From NCBI GenBank assembly GCA_023426575.1, contig JAFAAL010000001.1:5243-69242 (forward strand): a DNA stretch of 64,000 bases, in the 5' to 3' direction. A program made the position numbers and the translations under genes. This DNA comes from Bacillota bacterium. GTDB lineage: Bacteria > Bacillota > Clostridia > Saccharofermentanales > DTU023. The notes beneath the pieces are model-generated. The model did no database searches. It was not told the DNA's origin and saw only the letters and a list, made by a program, of their open reading frames with translations. Shown here in pieces: positions 35,166 to 43,797 of the stretch (position 1 is the stretch's first letter; each line of letters begins with the position of its first letter).

Positions 35166-35611
35166 ATTACGTCTATTTAAGTATTGTTCTCGGACTGGCG
35201 CTGAGCCTGATTCTCGATGACTTTTTGGGTATTACGCCAGGCGGCATGGTCGTCCCTGGCTATCTCGCCCTCATCTTCGACCAGTGGCCACGGCTGATCA
35301 TGGTCTATGTCATCTCTCTCTTGACCTTCTTGATTGTGCAGAAGATTCTGCCACGCTTTTTCATTCTCTACGGCAAGCGTAAATTTGCCGCCTGTATCAT
35401 GGTCGGCATGCTCCTCAAGATTCTCTTCCAAGTCGTCGTGCCCCTGGCCCTGCCAGAGACCTCGCTCTTCCTCCAGGGTGGAACCGTCATCATCCCAGGT
35501 CTCCTCGCGGCCACCTATGCCAGACAGGGCATCCGCTATACCCTCCCCGCCTCCCTCCTCGCAGCCGGTCTCATCTTCGGGATCAACACGCTCGTCTTCT
35601 ACATGATTTAA
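35162..35611 (+). CDS. pgsC: poly-gamma-glutamate synthase membrane subunit PgsC/CapC
   Basis: 149 aa. GGMVVPGYLALIF, ILYGKRKFAA and IIPGLLA closely parallel Bacillus PgsC. ATGA overlap with pgsB. Confidence 0.9.
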   Translation: MNYVYLSIVLGLALSLILDDFLGITPGGMVVPGYLALIFDQWPRLIMVYVISLLTFLIVQKILPRFFILYGKRKFAACIMVGMLLKILFQVVVPLALPETSLFLQGGTVIIPGLLAATYARQGIRYTLPASLLAAGLIFGINTLVFYMI

Positions 35612-35617
35612 TTGGCC

Positions 35618-36772
35618 ATGCAAGAACCATTGACCCTCAAAGATAAAATTCGCATTCGCCTGAAGTCACAACGTGAGTTTCCCGTGCTTCTCATCCTCGT
35701 GATGGCCCTCGTCCTGAGCGCCTTCTTTGCGCTGCTCGTCCGCCGCGACTACCAGAGCCTCGAGCTCAATCCCGCCGAGGTCAAGTCCCTGCCCCTAGCG
35801 GATCAAGTCGAGTCGACGGCCGTTGCCTCTTCGGAGATTCCCGAGGAAATCACAGTGAATTTCTACGGCAATTTACAGATGAATGCCGGGTTGAGACAGT
35901 ATCTCAAGAAGGCGGACTATCGCCGCTTCTTTTCACAGCTCATGCCCCTCTTGAGCGAGGCACAGTTCAATATCATCAATCTCGACAGTCCTGCGGAACT
36001 TGATGGCGATGCCCCTGAGGCCTTTTCCAAGTCAGATATTGAGGCTCTGCGCAGTCTCAACTTCCGTATCTTCCCCCTGGCCAACAGCAATTTCTGCCCC
36101 CTCAAGGGGGAACCGTCCGATCTGCTCCTCGCAGAGCTCTCTCAGCTGCCGATCGACTTTATCGGCTTCGGTGAGAATAATGCGCGAGCCGCTGCGGGCC
36201 AACGACTGCCCTATGGCGATCGCGCCGTCCGCCTCTTCTCAACTTCAGCCTATGGTCGAAATCAGCGCGCCTCCTACTTCGAGTCGGGCATGTCCATTGC
36301 CACGGACATCCAGGTCTTTGACCGCGTGACCAGTGCGAAAGTGCGAGGAGAATACGTCATCGTCATGATTCACTGGGGCAATCTCTATAATTCGCGACTC
36401 GGTGACTACCAGGCTGAGCTGGCACGCCGCTATGTCGACGCCGGCGCTGATCTCGTCATTGGCTCTTCTCCAGGCCCTGCGGCGACGATTGAAGAGTATA
36501 AGCAGGGATTGATCTGCTACAATCTCGGCAGTCTCCAGCAGACGCCTGCGGATGGACTGCTGCGCCCCGGTTTTGTCCTCTCTTTGACACTCAGTGAGGC
36601 GCACGGGCCAGAACTCGAATTCATACCCTTCTCACAACACATCGGACTGCCTGCCCCGATCAGCCAGGACCGCTATCTCGAGACGATCCGCGAGCAACTG
36701 GAGGCGCACATGACGCAATTCCACATGGCGGACGGCTCAGCGGGCCGCTTTATCTTGACCGAGCAACCATAA
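35618..36772 (+). CDS. pgsA: poly-gamma-glutamate synthesis protein PgsA/CapA
   Basis: 384 aa from ATG 35618 (the track uses TTG 35612). N-terminal TM anchor and a CapA-like metallophosphatase-fold region (IMIHWGNLY...). Position after pgsBC fits. Confidence 0.75.
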   Translation: MQEPLTLKDKIRIRLKSQREFPVLLILVMALVLSAFFALLVRRDYQSLELNPAEVKSLPLADQVESTAVASSEIPEEITVNFYGNLQMNAGLRQYLKKADYRRFFSQLMPLLSEAQFNIINLDSPAELDGDAPEAFSKSDIEALRSLNFRIFPLANSNFCPLKGEPSDLLLAELSQLPIDFIGFGENNARAAAGQRLPYGDRAVRLFSTSAYGRNQRASYFESGMSIATDIQVFDRVTSAKVRGEYVIVMIHWGNLYNSRLGDYQAELARRYVDAGADLVIGSSPGPAATIEEYKQGLICYNLGSLQQTPADGLLRPGFVLSLTLSEAHGPELEFIPFSQHIGLPAPISQDRYLETIREQLEAHMTQFHMADGSAGRFILTEQP

Positions 36773-36784
36773 ACGGAGGTCTAC

Positions 36785-38542
36785 ATGGCTATGCATAGTT
36801 TGAAATTCTGGCGGAGCTGTCTCCTGCTCCTCTTGACCCTCAGTTTTTTACTTCTGCCTACGGCTTGTCGCCGCACGGGTCCCAAGCCAGCCAGTGAAAC
36901 TGAGGCCGATCTCGACGTCGATGAGGATGCCGATGTCGACGCCGAGGAAGATTTCGAGGGGGAAGATGACATTCGCAATTATGAGGGGCTGGAAATTTCC
37001 AGTCCAGATGAGCTGTCCCAGGGTGTCGGCAAGAGTCCCCGCGTCATCGAAGAGGCGAGCGCAAGCGTCAAGCCGACCCAATACGGAATTGCCATCTCGA
37101 CCTCAAATGTCTTGGCAAGTCAGGCCGCGGCAGGGATTCTCAGCGCCGGGGGCAATGCCTTCGACGCCGCGATCACGGCCTCCTTTGTCCTCTCTGTCGT
37201 CGAGCCCTATGCCTCGGGCATCGGTGGCTCCGGCGCCCTCCTCTTCTACCTGGCGAGTGAGGACAAGTATAATTTCCTCGACTACCGGAGCAGCTCTGGG
37301 CTCCAGACGAGCAAGCAGAGTGACATCGGTATCCCCGGCCTCGTCTATGGCATGTACAATCTCCACTCCCTCTTCGGCCACTTGCCCTGGCAAGACTTGC
37401 TACAGCCAGCGATCAAGCTCGCGGGCGAGGGATTCATCGTCAATAACGACCTGGCGCGGGCCATGCGCATCGCCACCCAGCCCCTGATGCAAAATGAGGC
37501 TTTTGTCAAAAATGGTGAACTGGTCAAGTCGGGCGATCTCCTGGTCCAGACGAAGCTCGCTGAGACTCTCAAGGCGATTGCCGCCGAGGGGGCCAGCGCC
37601 TTCTACAATGGCCCGATCGCAGATGAAATTGCCGCCAAGACGCCGCTGACCAAGGATGACCTCGCCGCCTATCAGAGCTATTACCGCGATGCGGTCCAGA
37701 CAGAATTCAAGGGGCAGACCTTTGTCAGTGCTCCGCCACCCTATTCGGGCATCACGATTTTGCAGATGCTGCGCATGGCCGAGCTGCTCGACACGCCGAG
37801 TAAAAGTCCCGACAGTCCTGAATTCCTCAGTGATGTCGAGCGCCTCTCCCTCGTGGCCTACGACCGCCAAAAGCGCATCGTCGGCGATCCGCAGCACGTC
37901 GAATTCAATCCCGAAAAATTGTTGAGTGATAAGTACCTGAAGAAGTATCTCGAGCGTGGACTCTGGGAGAATGAGCCGACGGACTCTCAGGAGCAATGCA
38001 CGACGCACATCTCGATCGTCGATAGCGAGGGCAATGTCGTCTCTCTGACCAATACGCTGACCTCCTTCTGGGGATCGGCCGTCGAGGTCGGGGGGTTCTA
38101 TCTCAATAACTCGCTTTCGAATTTTAGCCGCAATAAGCGCAACTACTACCGCCCTATGACGCGGCCGCGCAGCTTTATCGCTCCGATGATCATCGCCTCC
38201 CCTGACGGGGCCAAGATGGCGATTGGGACGCCGGGCGGGAAGCTCATCCCCAAGTTCCTCTTCCCCATTCTGCTGGACTACTATGTCTATGGAGACGAAC
38301 TCGAGACGGCAATCAACAAACAGCGCTTCTTCTTCAAGGCCAAGTCAGCGATCACCATTGAGGACGATCAGGGCATTCTGCCGACCTGGCCGCTGCCCCT
38401 CGATGACTACTACATCACCAAGTACGGCTATCACGACTACTTCGGCTCAGTGGCGGTCGCCGGCTACCACGCCGACGGCTCGCCCTATGCGATCTCAGAT
38501 TTTCGTCGGCAGGGCCTCGCCATCGCCAAGACAGAGAATTAA
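36785..38542 (+). CDS. ggt: gamma-glutamyltranspeptidase-family protein (CapD/Ggt-like), probable lipoprotein
   Basis: 585 aa with a signal peptide ending LLPTAC and an acidic linker. The autoprocessing/catalytic Thr context is QEQCTTHISIVDSEGNVVSLTNT, followed by GGKLIP. Fourth gene of the pgs/cap operon. Confidence 0.85.
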   Translation: MAMHSLKFWRSCLLLLLTLSFLLLPTACRRTGPKPASETEADLDVDEDADVDAEEDFEGEDDIRNYEGLEISSPDELSQGVGKSPRVIEEASASVKPTQYGIAISTSNVLASQAAAGILSAGGNAFDAAITASFVLSVVEPYASGIGGSGALLFYLASEDKYNFLDYRSSSGLQTSKQSDIGIPGLVYGMYNLHSLFGHLPWQDLLQPAIKLAGEGFIVNNDLARAMRIATQPLMQNEAFVKNGELVKSGDLLVQTKLAETLKAIAAEGASAFYNGPIADEIAAKTPLTKDDLAAYQSYYRDAVQTEFKGQTFVSAPPPYSGITILQMLRMAELLDTPSKSPDSPEFLSDVERLSLVAYDRQKRIVGDPQHVEFNPEKLLSDKYLKKYLERGLWENEPTDSQEQCTTHISIVDSEGNVVSLTNTLTSFWGSAVEVGGFYLNNSLSNFSRNKRNYYRPMTRPRSFIAPMIIASPDGAKMAIGTPGGKLIPKFLFPILLDYYVYGDELETAINKQRFFFKAKSAITIEDDQGILPTWPLPLDDYYITKYGYHDYFGSVAVAGYHADGSPYAISDFRRQGLAIAKTEN

Positions 38543-39223
38543 ATCATTCTTAGCGGCCGCCTCGGCCTCATGCATGATCTTAGAGCCGGATGAGGTCCCG
38601 ATGCGGGTCGCACCGGCTCTAATCATATCCAGGCAGGTCTGGAGGTCACGGATGCCGCCCGAGGCCTTGATCTGGACATTACTGCCACAGGCCGCCTGCA
38701 TGCGACTGACATCGTCGACACTGGCGCCGCGGCCCTGGAAGCCCGTTGATGTCTTGACAAAGTGGGCACCGGCCTTGCGGGCGGAGGCGGCTGCCTGGGT
38801 CACCTCGACGTCACTCAACATGCTGCATTCGAGAATGACTTTGACGGTGTGGCCGTCTGCCGCTTCGACGACGCCGCGAATATCCGCTTCGACTTCGTCC
38901 CAGTGGCCATTTTTACAGGCGGCGAGATTAATGACCATGTCGACTTCGTCCGCGCCTGCCGCAATGGCATCCCGTGCCTCACAAGCCTTGGCCTCGGCTC
39001 TGTTCTGACCGAGGGGGAAGCCTATGACGGTGCAGACCATGACCTCGGAGCCTTCGAGTTCGCGGGCTGCCAGAGGCACATAATAGGGGTGGATGCAGAC
39101 CGACTTGAAGCCGAATTGGATGGCCTCGGCACAGAGCTCACGAATTTCGCTCTCTCTAGCATCCGAATGCAGGTTGGTATGATCGATGTATTGGGCGAGA
39201 TCTTTAAGTTTGAGATTTTCCAT
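38495..39223 (-). CDS. deoC: deoxyribose-phosphate aldolase
   Basis: 242 aa with IDHTNL, VCIHP, TVIGFPLG, and the Schiff-base Lys contexts VKVILE and VKTSTGF. The 3' end overlaps the ggt 3' end by 48 nt. Confidence 0.85.
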   Translation of the reverse strand: MENLKLKDLAQYIDHTNLHSDARESEIRELCAEAIQFGFKSVCIHPYYVPLAARELEGSEVMVCTVIGFPLGQNRAEAKACEARDAIAAGADEVDMVINLAACKNGHWDEVEADIRGVVEAADGHTVKVILECSMLSDVEVTQAAASARKAGAHFVKTSTGFQGRGASVDDVSRMQAACGSNVQIKASGGIRDLQTCLDMIRAGATRIGTSSGSKIMHEAEAAAKNDLILCLGDGEALPTKI

Positions 39224-39242
39224 ACTGAGAACGCTCCTCTCC

Positions 39243-42200
39243 TTACTTGGGGCTAACCATGTATCTCAACTTGTAGCCACAGGCTGAGATTGTCTTGCGG
39301 ATGAGTTCGAGGTCTGGCTCGCCATCAGCGATAAAGCGCGCCTCCTTGAGCTCGTGGTCGACAGTGATCTCACTGAGTCCAGGAATTCCCTGGAGAGCTA
39401 GTGCCAATTTCTGGGCACAAGAGCTGCAGTGCATCCCGTCTATCTTTAGTTTACACTTTTCGCTCTCTGCTGGCTTGTGGTCGGCGTAGAGCGCAGACCA
39501 GAGGTCCGTGCCTTCGGGGCTGGAGGGTCCTGGCGACTGGCCTAGAGGGTTCTTCTGCCCTGGCGCGTTGTCTGACGGAGTCTGAGCCTCTGGCGTATCC
39601 TCTGACAGGATCTCTAGCTCTATCAGTTCTTCTTTACTGCTCTGCTTCTCGGCACTGCGGGCAGGCTCTGGGATCTCTCTTTGCGCCTTGAGCTTTGCGG
39701 CAAAGGCCGCCTCAATCTCTTCTTCCTTCTGCCGCGCTGCCTGACGCTCTTCCTGCTCCTCTGTACGAGCGGCCCTCTCTTCGGCCCTCTTGAGCGCAGC
39801 TTCAGCCTCAGACTCGGCGATGAAGGCAGGCACCTCCGTCATGCTCTCTAGTTCCTGTGCTTCGATATAGGACTCAGAAGGCTCAGTCGTCTCAGCTTCG
39901 GCCTCGAGGCTGTCAACTTCCTCGGGACTCAGCTCTAGAGTATTCTGTCGACGCTCGACGCCGTCGATGAGACTGGTCGTCGGGCTCTTGGCCTCCAGAT
40001 ATCTGGCCTCGCGAGGACGCTTCTTCAGGGGATTCTCGCGCTTGGCTTTTGGCTCTTCGCGACCGCTCTCATGCAGAGGCTCAAGTTCGCCATTTTTCTG
40101 CCAGCTCGGGATGAAGTTGCGCAGGCGGAGGGCATTGCTGACGACAAAGATAGAGCTGAGGCTCATGGCGATGGCGGCGTAGATCGGATTGAGTTTCCAG
40201 CCAAAGAGGGGATAGAAGACGCCGGCCGCGAGGGGGATGCCGAGGACGTTGTAGAAGAAGGCCCAAAAGAGATTCTGTTTCATGACTTGGACGGTCTTCT
40301 TGCCAAGTTCAAAGAAGGTCAGAAGATCGCCGAGGTCTGAGCGCATCAGGACGACGTCTGCGGAATCCAGGGCGATGTCCGTGCCCGCGCCCACGGCAAT
40401 GCCGAGGTCGGCGGAGACGAGGGCGGGGGCGTCGTTAATGCCGTCGCCGAGCATGGCGACCTTTTTGCCAGCGGCCTGGCGCTCGCGGATGAGCTCTGCC
40501 TTCTGACGCGGGAGGAGCTCGGGGATGACGCGCTCAGGCGCGAGGTCGAGACGTCGGGCAATGGCCTCTGCGGCACGGCGGTGATCGCCGCTCAGGAGAA
40601 CGAGGTCGAGACCTGTCTTAGTGAGGGCACGGATGGCCCAGGGCGCGTTCTGCTTGATCTGATCGGAGGCGGCGAGCAAGCCGAGGTAGCGATCCTCACT
40701 GAAGATGAGGAGAGCGGAGTAGCCCTGCGCAGCCACGCGCTCAGTCAGCTGCTCGAGCTCTGGCGACGAGAGTCCTGCCTCTTCGAGGAGGGCGAGGTTG
40801 CCGGCAAAGTAATTCTCCCCATAGATGCGCGCGAAGACGCCGCGTCCAGGCAGGGCCTCGCTGGCCTCTTGCGGCCAGGTGCTGAGGTTGAGTTCTCGGG
40901 CCTGGCTCATGACGGCGTGCGCAAGGGGGTGGGAGGAACCGGCCTCGATCGAGGCGGCCAGCTTGAGCAGATCGAGTTCGGAAAGTTCTGTCGCCGGATC
41001 TGGCTCGATGGCGACGATTTCGGGACGGCCGAGGGTCAGAGTGCCCGTCTTGTCCAGGGCGAGATCACTGATCTGATTGACCATTTCGAGGCTCTCGGCC
41101 CCCTTGATCAGTATGCCATCGCGCGCAGCTCTTCCCCCGGCGACCATGATGGCGACGGGTGTGGCGAGGCCGAGGGCACAGGGACAGGAGATCAGGAGCA
41201 CTGAGATCGCCATATTCATGGAGAATTCAAAATCGCCTCGGAGCAGCTGCCAGATGATAAAGGTCAGGAGGGCGATGCCCATGACGACGGGCACAAAGAC
41301 TGCCGCAACACGATCGGCGAGACGCGCCATCTCTGCCTTGGAGGCTGCTGCGTTCTCAACCACTTCGACAATCTCGGCGAGTACTGTGTCGTTCGACCTC
41401 TTGAGGCTGCGGTAGATGACGACGCCATTTTGATTAATCGTGCCTGCAAAAATGCGATCGCCCACTTCCTTGTCAACGGGCATGGACTCACCTGTCAGAG
41501 CCTGCTCGTCAAAAGAGCTCCGGCCCTCGACGATGAGCCCATCGAGGGCAATGCGCTCACCAGGGCGCAAGATGATTTCGCTCCCGATCTCGACGTCGGC
41601 GGCTGGCAGGCGCTGCTCTTCCCCGTCGATAATGACACTGCAGGCGGCGGGGGCGAGGTCGAGGAGTGATTCGACGGCTGAGCTCGTCTTGCGCTTGGCG
41701 CGCAGTTCAAACAGTTTACCAAGAGAGATCAGGGTGACGATGGTCGCTGCAGAGTCGAGGTAGAGCTGATGCGCGTAGGCGGCGAGCACGGCCTCGTCCT
41801 GATGCATCAGGGCTGTGATCAGTCGGAAAATAGCAATGACGCCATAGAGGAAGGCAGAGCCTGCGCCGAGGGCGACGAGGGAGTCCATATTGGGATGGCG
41901 TCGCCAGAGGGCCCTGAAGCCCGACTTAAAGAAGGCCCGGTTGATAAAGAGGATCGGCATTGTCAGGAGCAGCTGGGCGAAGGCGCGGTTGGCGGCACCA
42001 AGATCTCCCTGCATCCAAGTCGGCAGAGGCAGATTGAGAGCTGGAATCATCTCGAGCATGAAGTAAATCAGGGGGATCAGGAGGATAGTAGAGGCAATGA
42101 GCCGCTTCTTTAGCTCAGCTTCTTGGCGCAGGAGCGGATCGTGAAGTTCACGCTGTCGCCGTCTGGCCATCTCGGCCTGGCGGTCGATCTCTCGAAAGCG

Positions 42201-42839
42201 TTCCGCCTCGTTCGTGGCGGGCGAGTCTGGCTCTGTCTCTTCGACGACTGTGCTCTCAGCCTCAGACTTGTCTTCCAGCGCTGACGGCTCGGCTTCCTGT
42301 TCATCATTTGGCCGTGGGAGCTCAGCCTCTTGAGCATCATCTGGCACAGGGAGCTCAGCCTCTTGATCGCCAGCTGTCACAGGGAGTTCAGCCTCTTCTT
42401 TAGCTTTAGCCTCGATGCGCTCGATCTCTAGCCCCTCTGAATCGGGCAGCTCGGACTCAGATTTCAGATCAGGGAAGTCCGAGGCGGCTGGGACAATCTC
42501 CTCGGCGCTGTCTACCGACTCCGCAAGACTGCAGCCCTGACGCTGAATCAAGTCGCTGACGGCCGTCTCCTGAGCCCTGAGATCGAGCTCCTCAGACTTC
42601 TCACTGAAGCTGATCTTCTCGGGCTGATCGGGGGCCAGTTCACAGGGATAGCCTGCGGCTGTCAGCGTCTCTTCGACGCGCTCCTGGCTCACTTTCTTTT
42701 CCTTGAATTCAATATCGGCATAGCCCTTGAGGAGGTTGACACGATATTGCTTGACGCCGTCGAGCTCACGTAAAATCTTCTCCACATTGGCCTGACAGGC
42801 CGCACAATGCATCTCTCTGAGGGTAAATCGTCTGCGCAT
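39243..42839 (-). CDS. copA: heavy-metal (Cu+-type, CPC) P1B-type ATPase with N-terminal HMA domain, acidic repeat linker, and a 289-aa C-terminal extension ending in a second HMA domain
   Basis: 1198 aa. N-terminal HMA (MHCAACQANVE). Core motifs SCPCALGLATP, DKTGTLT and GDGINDAP. After the last TM (SNALRLRNF) comes a long Glu/Ala/Pro-rich region, then GMHCSSCAQKL in a ferredoxin-like HMA fold at the extreme C-terminus. Confidence 0.85.
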   Translation of the reverse strand: MRRRFTLREMHCAACQANVEKILRELDGVKQYRVNLLKGYADIEFKEKKVSQERVEETLTAAGYPCELAPDQPEKISFSEKSEELDLRAQETAVSDLIQRQGCSLAESVDSAEEIVPAASDFPDLKSESELPDSEGLEIERIEAKAKEEAELPVTAGDQEAELPVPDDAQEAELPRPNDEQEAEPSALEDKSEAESTVVEETEPDSPATNEAERFREIDRQAEMARRRQRELHDPLLRQEAELKKRLIASTILLIPLIYFMLEMIPALNLPLPTWMQGDLGAANRAFAQLLLTMPILFINRAFFKSGFRALWRRHPNMDSLVALGAGSAFLYGVIAIFRLITALMHQDEAVLAAYAHQLYLDSAATIVTLISLGKLFELRAKRKTSSAVESLLDLAPAACSVIIDGEEQRLPAADVEIGSEIILRPGERIALDGLIVEGRSSFDEQALTGESMPVDKEVGDRIFAGTINQNGVVIYRSLKRSNDTVLAEIVEVVENAAASKAEMARLADRVAAVFVPVVMGIALLTFIIWQLLRGDFEFSMNMAISVLLISCPCALGLATPVAIMVAGGRAARDGILIKGAESLEMVNQISDLALDKTGTLTLGRPEIVAIEPDPATELSELDLLKLAASIEAGSSHPLAHAVMSQARELNLSTWPQEASEALPGRGVFARIYGENYFAGNLALLEEAGLSSPELEQLTERVAAQGYSALLIFSEDRYLGLLAASDQIKQNAPWAIRALTKTGLDLVLLSGDHRRAAEAIARRLDLAPERVIPELLPRQKAELIRERQAAGKKVAMLGDGINDAPALVSADLGIAVGAGTDIALDSADVVLMRSDLGDLLTFFELGKKTVQVMKQNLFWAFFYNVLGIPLAAGVFYPLFGWKLNPIYAAIAMSLSSIFVVSNALRLRNFIPSWQKNGELEPLHESGREEPKAKRENPLKKRPREARYLEAKSPTTSLIDGVERRQNTLELSPEEVDSLEAEAETTEPSESYIEAQELESMTEVPAFIAESEAEAALKRAEERAARTEEQEERQAARQKEEEIEAAFAAKLKAQREIPEPARSAEKQSSKEELIELEILSEDTPEAQTPSDNAPGQKNPLGQSPGPSSPEGTDLWSALYADHKPAESEKCKLKIDGMHCSSCAQKLALALQGIPGLSEITVDHELKEARFIADGEPDLELIRKTISACGYKLRYMVSPK
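42316..42398 (-). repeat. in-frame 33-nt tandem repeat (about 2.5 copies) inside copA
   Basis: GGGAGCTCAGCCTCTTGAGCATCATCTGGCACA / GGGAGCTCAGCCTCTTGATCGCCAGCTGTCACA / GGGAGTTCAGCCTCTTC. It encodes ...QEAELPV... 11-aa repeats in the acidic N-terminal linker. Confidence 0.65.
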
Positions 42840-42854
42840 AAAAGCTCCTCAAAA

Positions 42855-42883
42855 ATGATATTTTGACGGCTTCATTGTAGCAA
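42855..42883 (-). promoter_or_regulatory. candidate promoter of copA
   Basis: Minus strand reads TTGCTA, 17 nt, TATCAT, then SD GAGGAG before ATG 42839. Confidence 0.4.
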
Positions 42884-42953
42884 AGAATCTACATTTATCA
42901 GCACTTGTCGCCAAATTGTAACGACATTGCAACTTAAGGAGGTCAATGCATTT

Positions 42954-43790
42954 TTATTTTGATTTTTTCAAGTAGTATGCAATCTCTGAGCGGAGGCCAC
43001 GCAGGAATTGACGCAGCTGAAAAGGCCGCGGAAAAAACTGCGCTCGCCCTGTCGTATGAGCCTTCAAAAACATGAGAAACTCCTCTCGCGAGAGGGGTCC
43101 ATTTGTGTTCATCAAGTAGTGACGAGAATTGGGATGCTCGGCATATCCACGGTAGATGGCAGCATAGGCATCGCCGAGGCCGAAGATATGGCCGAGCTCA
43201 TGAGCGGCCACGCGTCCCAGCCGCCAGCTCTGACTTGTGTTAAGGACCATGTAGCCTGGCGATGAGAGCGACCAATTGAAGCCAAGAGTCTCGAGATGTC
43301 CGTAGCGGAAAATCCCCCAGAACCTGCGCCAGAGGGGAGATCCGACGTGGGAGGGCAATTTTTTCAGAGGGGCAAAGTAAATGCGCACGGCTCGCCTCTG
43401 ACCCCTGAGAATCTGTGTCCACAATGTGCCTGTGGGAGATCTGCGGCTGCCGAGACTGAGGAGCTCGAGCTGGAGAGGCAGGACGACCTTCCCTGCATCG
43501 CAGGGCTCCGTCCCCTGCTGCTCGTCGAGGAAGCGGACGGCCGCTGCCATGGCCTCGGGCTGCCGCGCCCTCAAGAAGTCAAAGAGGGCTGTCTCAATCT
43601 CAGCATCAACGGGAAAAGAGCAGTTCCAGACGGCAGACATGCCACGCGCCGCCACTTGCCAGGCGCTCTCGGCAGTCTCGTCTGAGACTCTGAGATCGCC
43701 GCGACGATTGTGAACAGAGAGCACTGAGATGACGAGACCTCTCGGTCCAAAGCTCAGTGAGATCGGGGCTTGGCGATCCGCTCTGGACAT
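42954..43790 (-). CDS. uncharacterised cytoplasmic protein with a metzincin/snapalysin-like HExxHxxGxxD zinc motif
   Basis: 278 aa with no signal peptide or TM helix. Has AAHELGHIFGLGDAY followed about 22 aa later by a Met-turn-like HYLMN. Starts 8 nt after the upstream gene's stop. Confidence 0.55.
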   Translation of the reverse strand: MSRADRQAPISLSFGPRGLVISVLSVHNRRGDLRVSDETAESAWQVAARGMSAVWNCSFPVDAEIETALFDFLRARQPEAMAAAVRFLDEQQGTEPCDAGKVVLPLQLELLSLGSRRSPTGTLWTQILRGQRRAVRIYFAPLKKLPSHVGSPLWRRFWGIFRYGHLETLGFNWSLSSPGYMVLNTSQSWRLGRVAAHELGHIFGLGDAYAAIYRGYAEHPNSRHYLMNTNGPLSREEFLMFLKAHTTGRAQFFPRPFQLRQFLRGLRSEIAYYLKKSK

Positions 43791-43797
43791 GGGCAGC

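Noticed and set aside
38223-39008. 261-aa plus-strand ORF overlapping the ggt 3' end and antisense to deoC
   Set aside because: It is out of frame with ggt and antisense to a well-supported deoC. The translation is Ser/Arg/Pro/Ala-rich low complexity.
42316-42398. 33-nt direct repeats considered as a possible mini CRISPR array
   Set aside because: The repeats are contiguous with no spacers, in frame inside copA, and encode an acidic peptide repeat. There are no cas genes in the window.
42876-42893. TGTAG-N8-CTACA inverted repeat overlapping the copA -35, considered as a CopY/CsoR operator
   Set aside because: It has only 5-bp arms, does not match the TACAnnTGTA cop box or GC-rich CsoR sites as I recall them, and no regulator gene is adjacent. 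This is too weak to call.
42936-42975. Plus-strand AAGGAGG + ATG mini-ORF (MHFYFDFFK) at the 3' end of the metzincin-like gene
   Set aside because: It has nine codons, overlaps the stop region of the minus-strand gene, and has no supporting context. It is most likely a chance SD-like string in an AT-rich segment.
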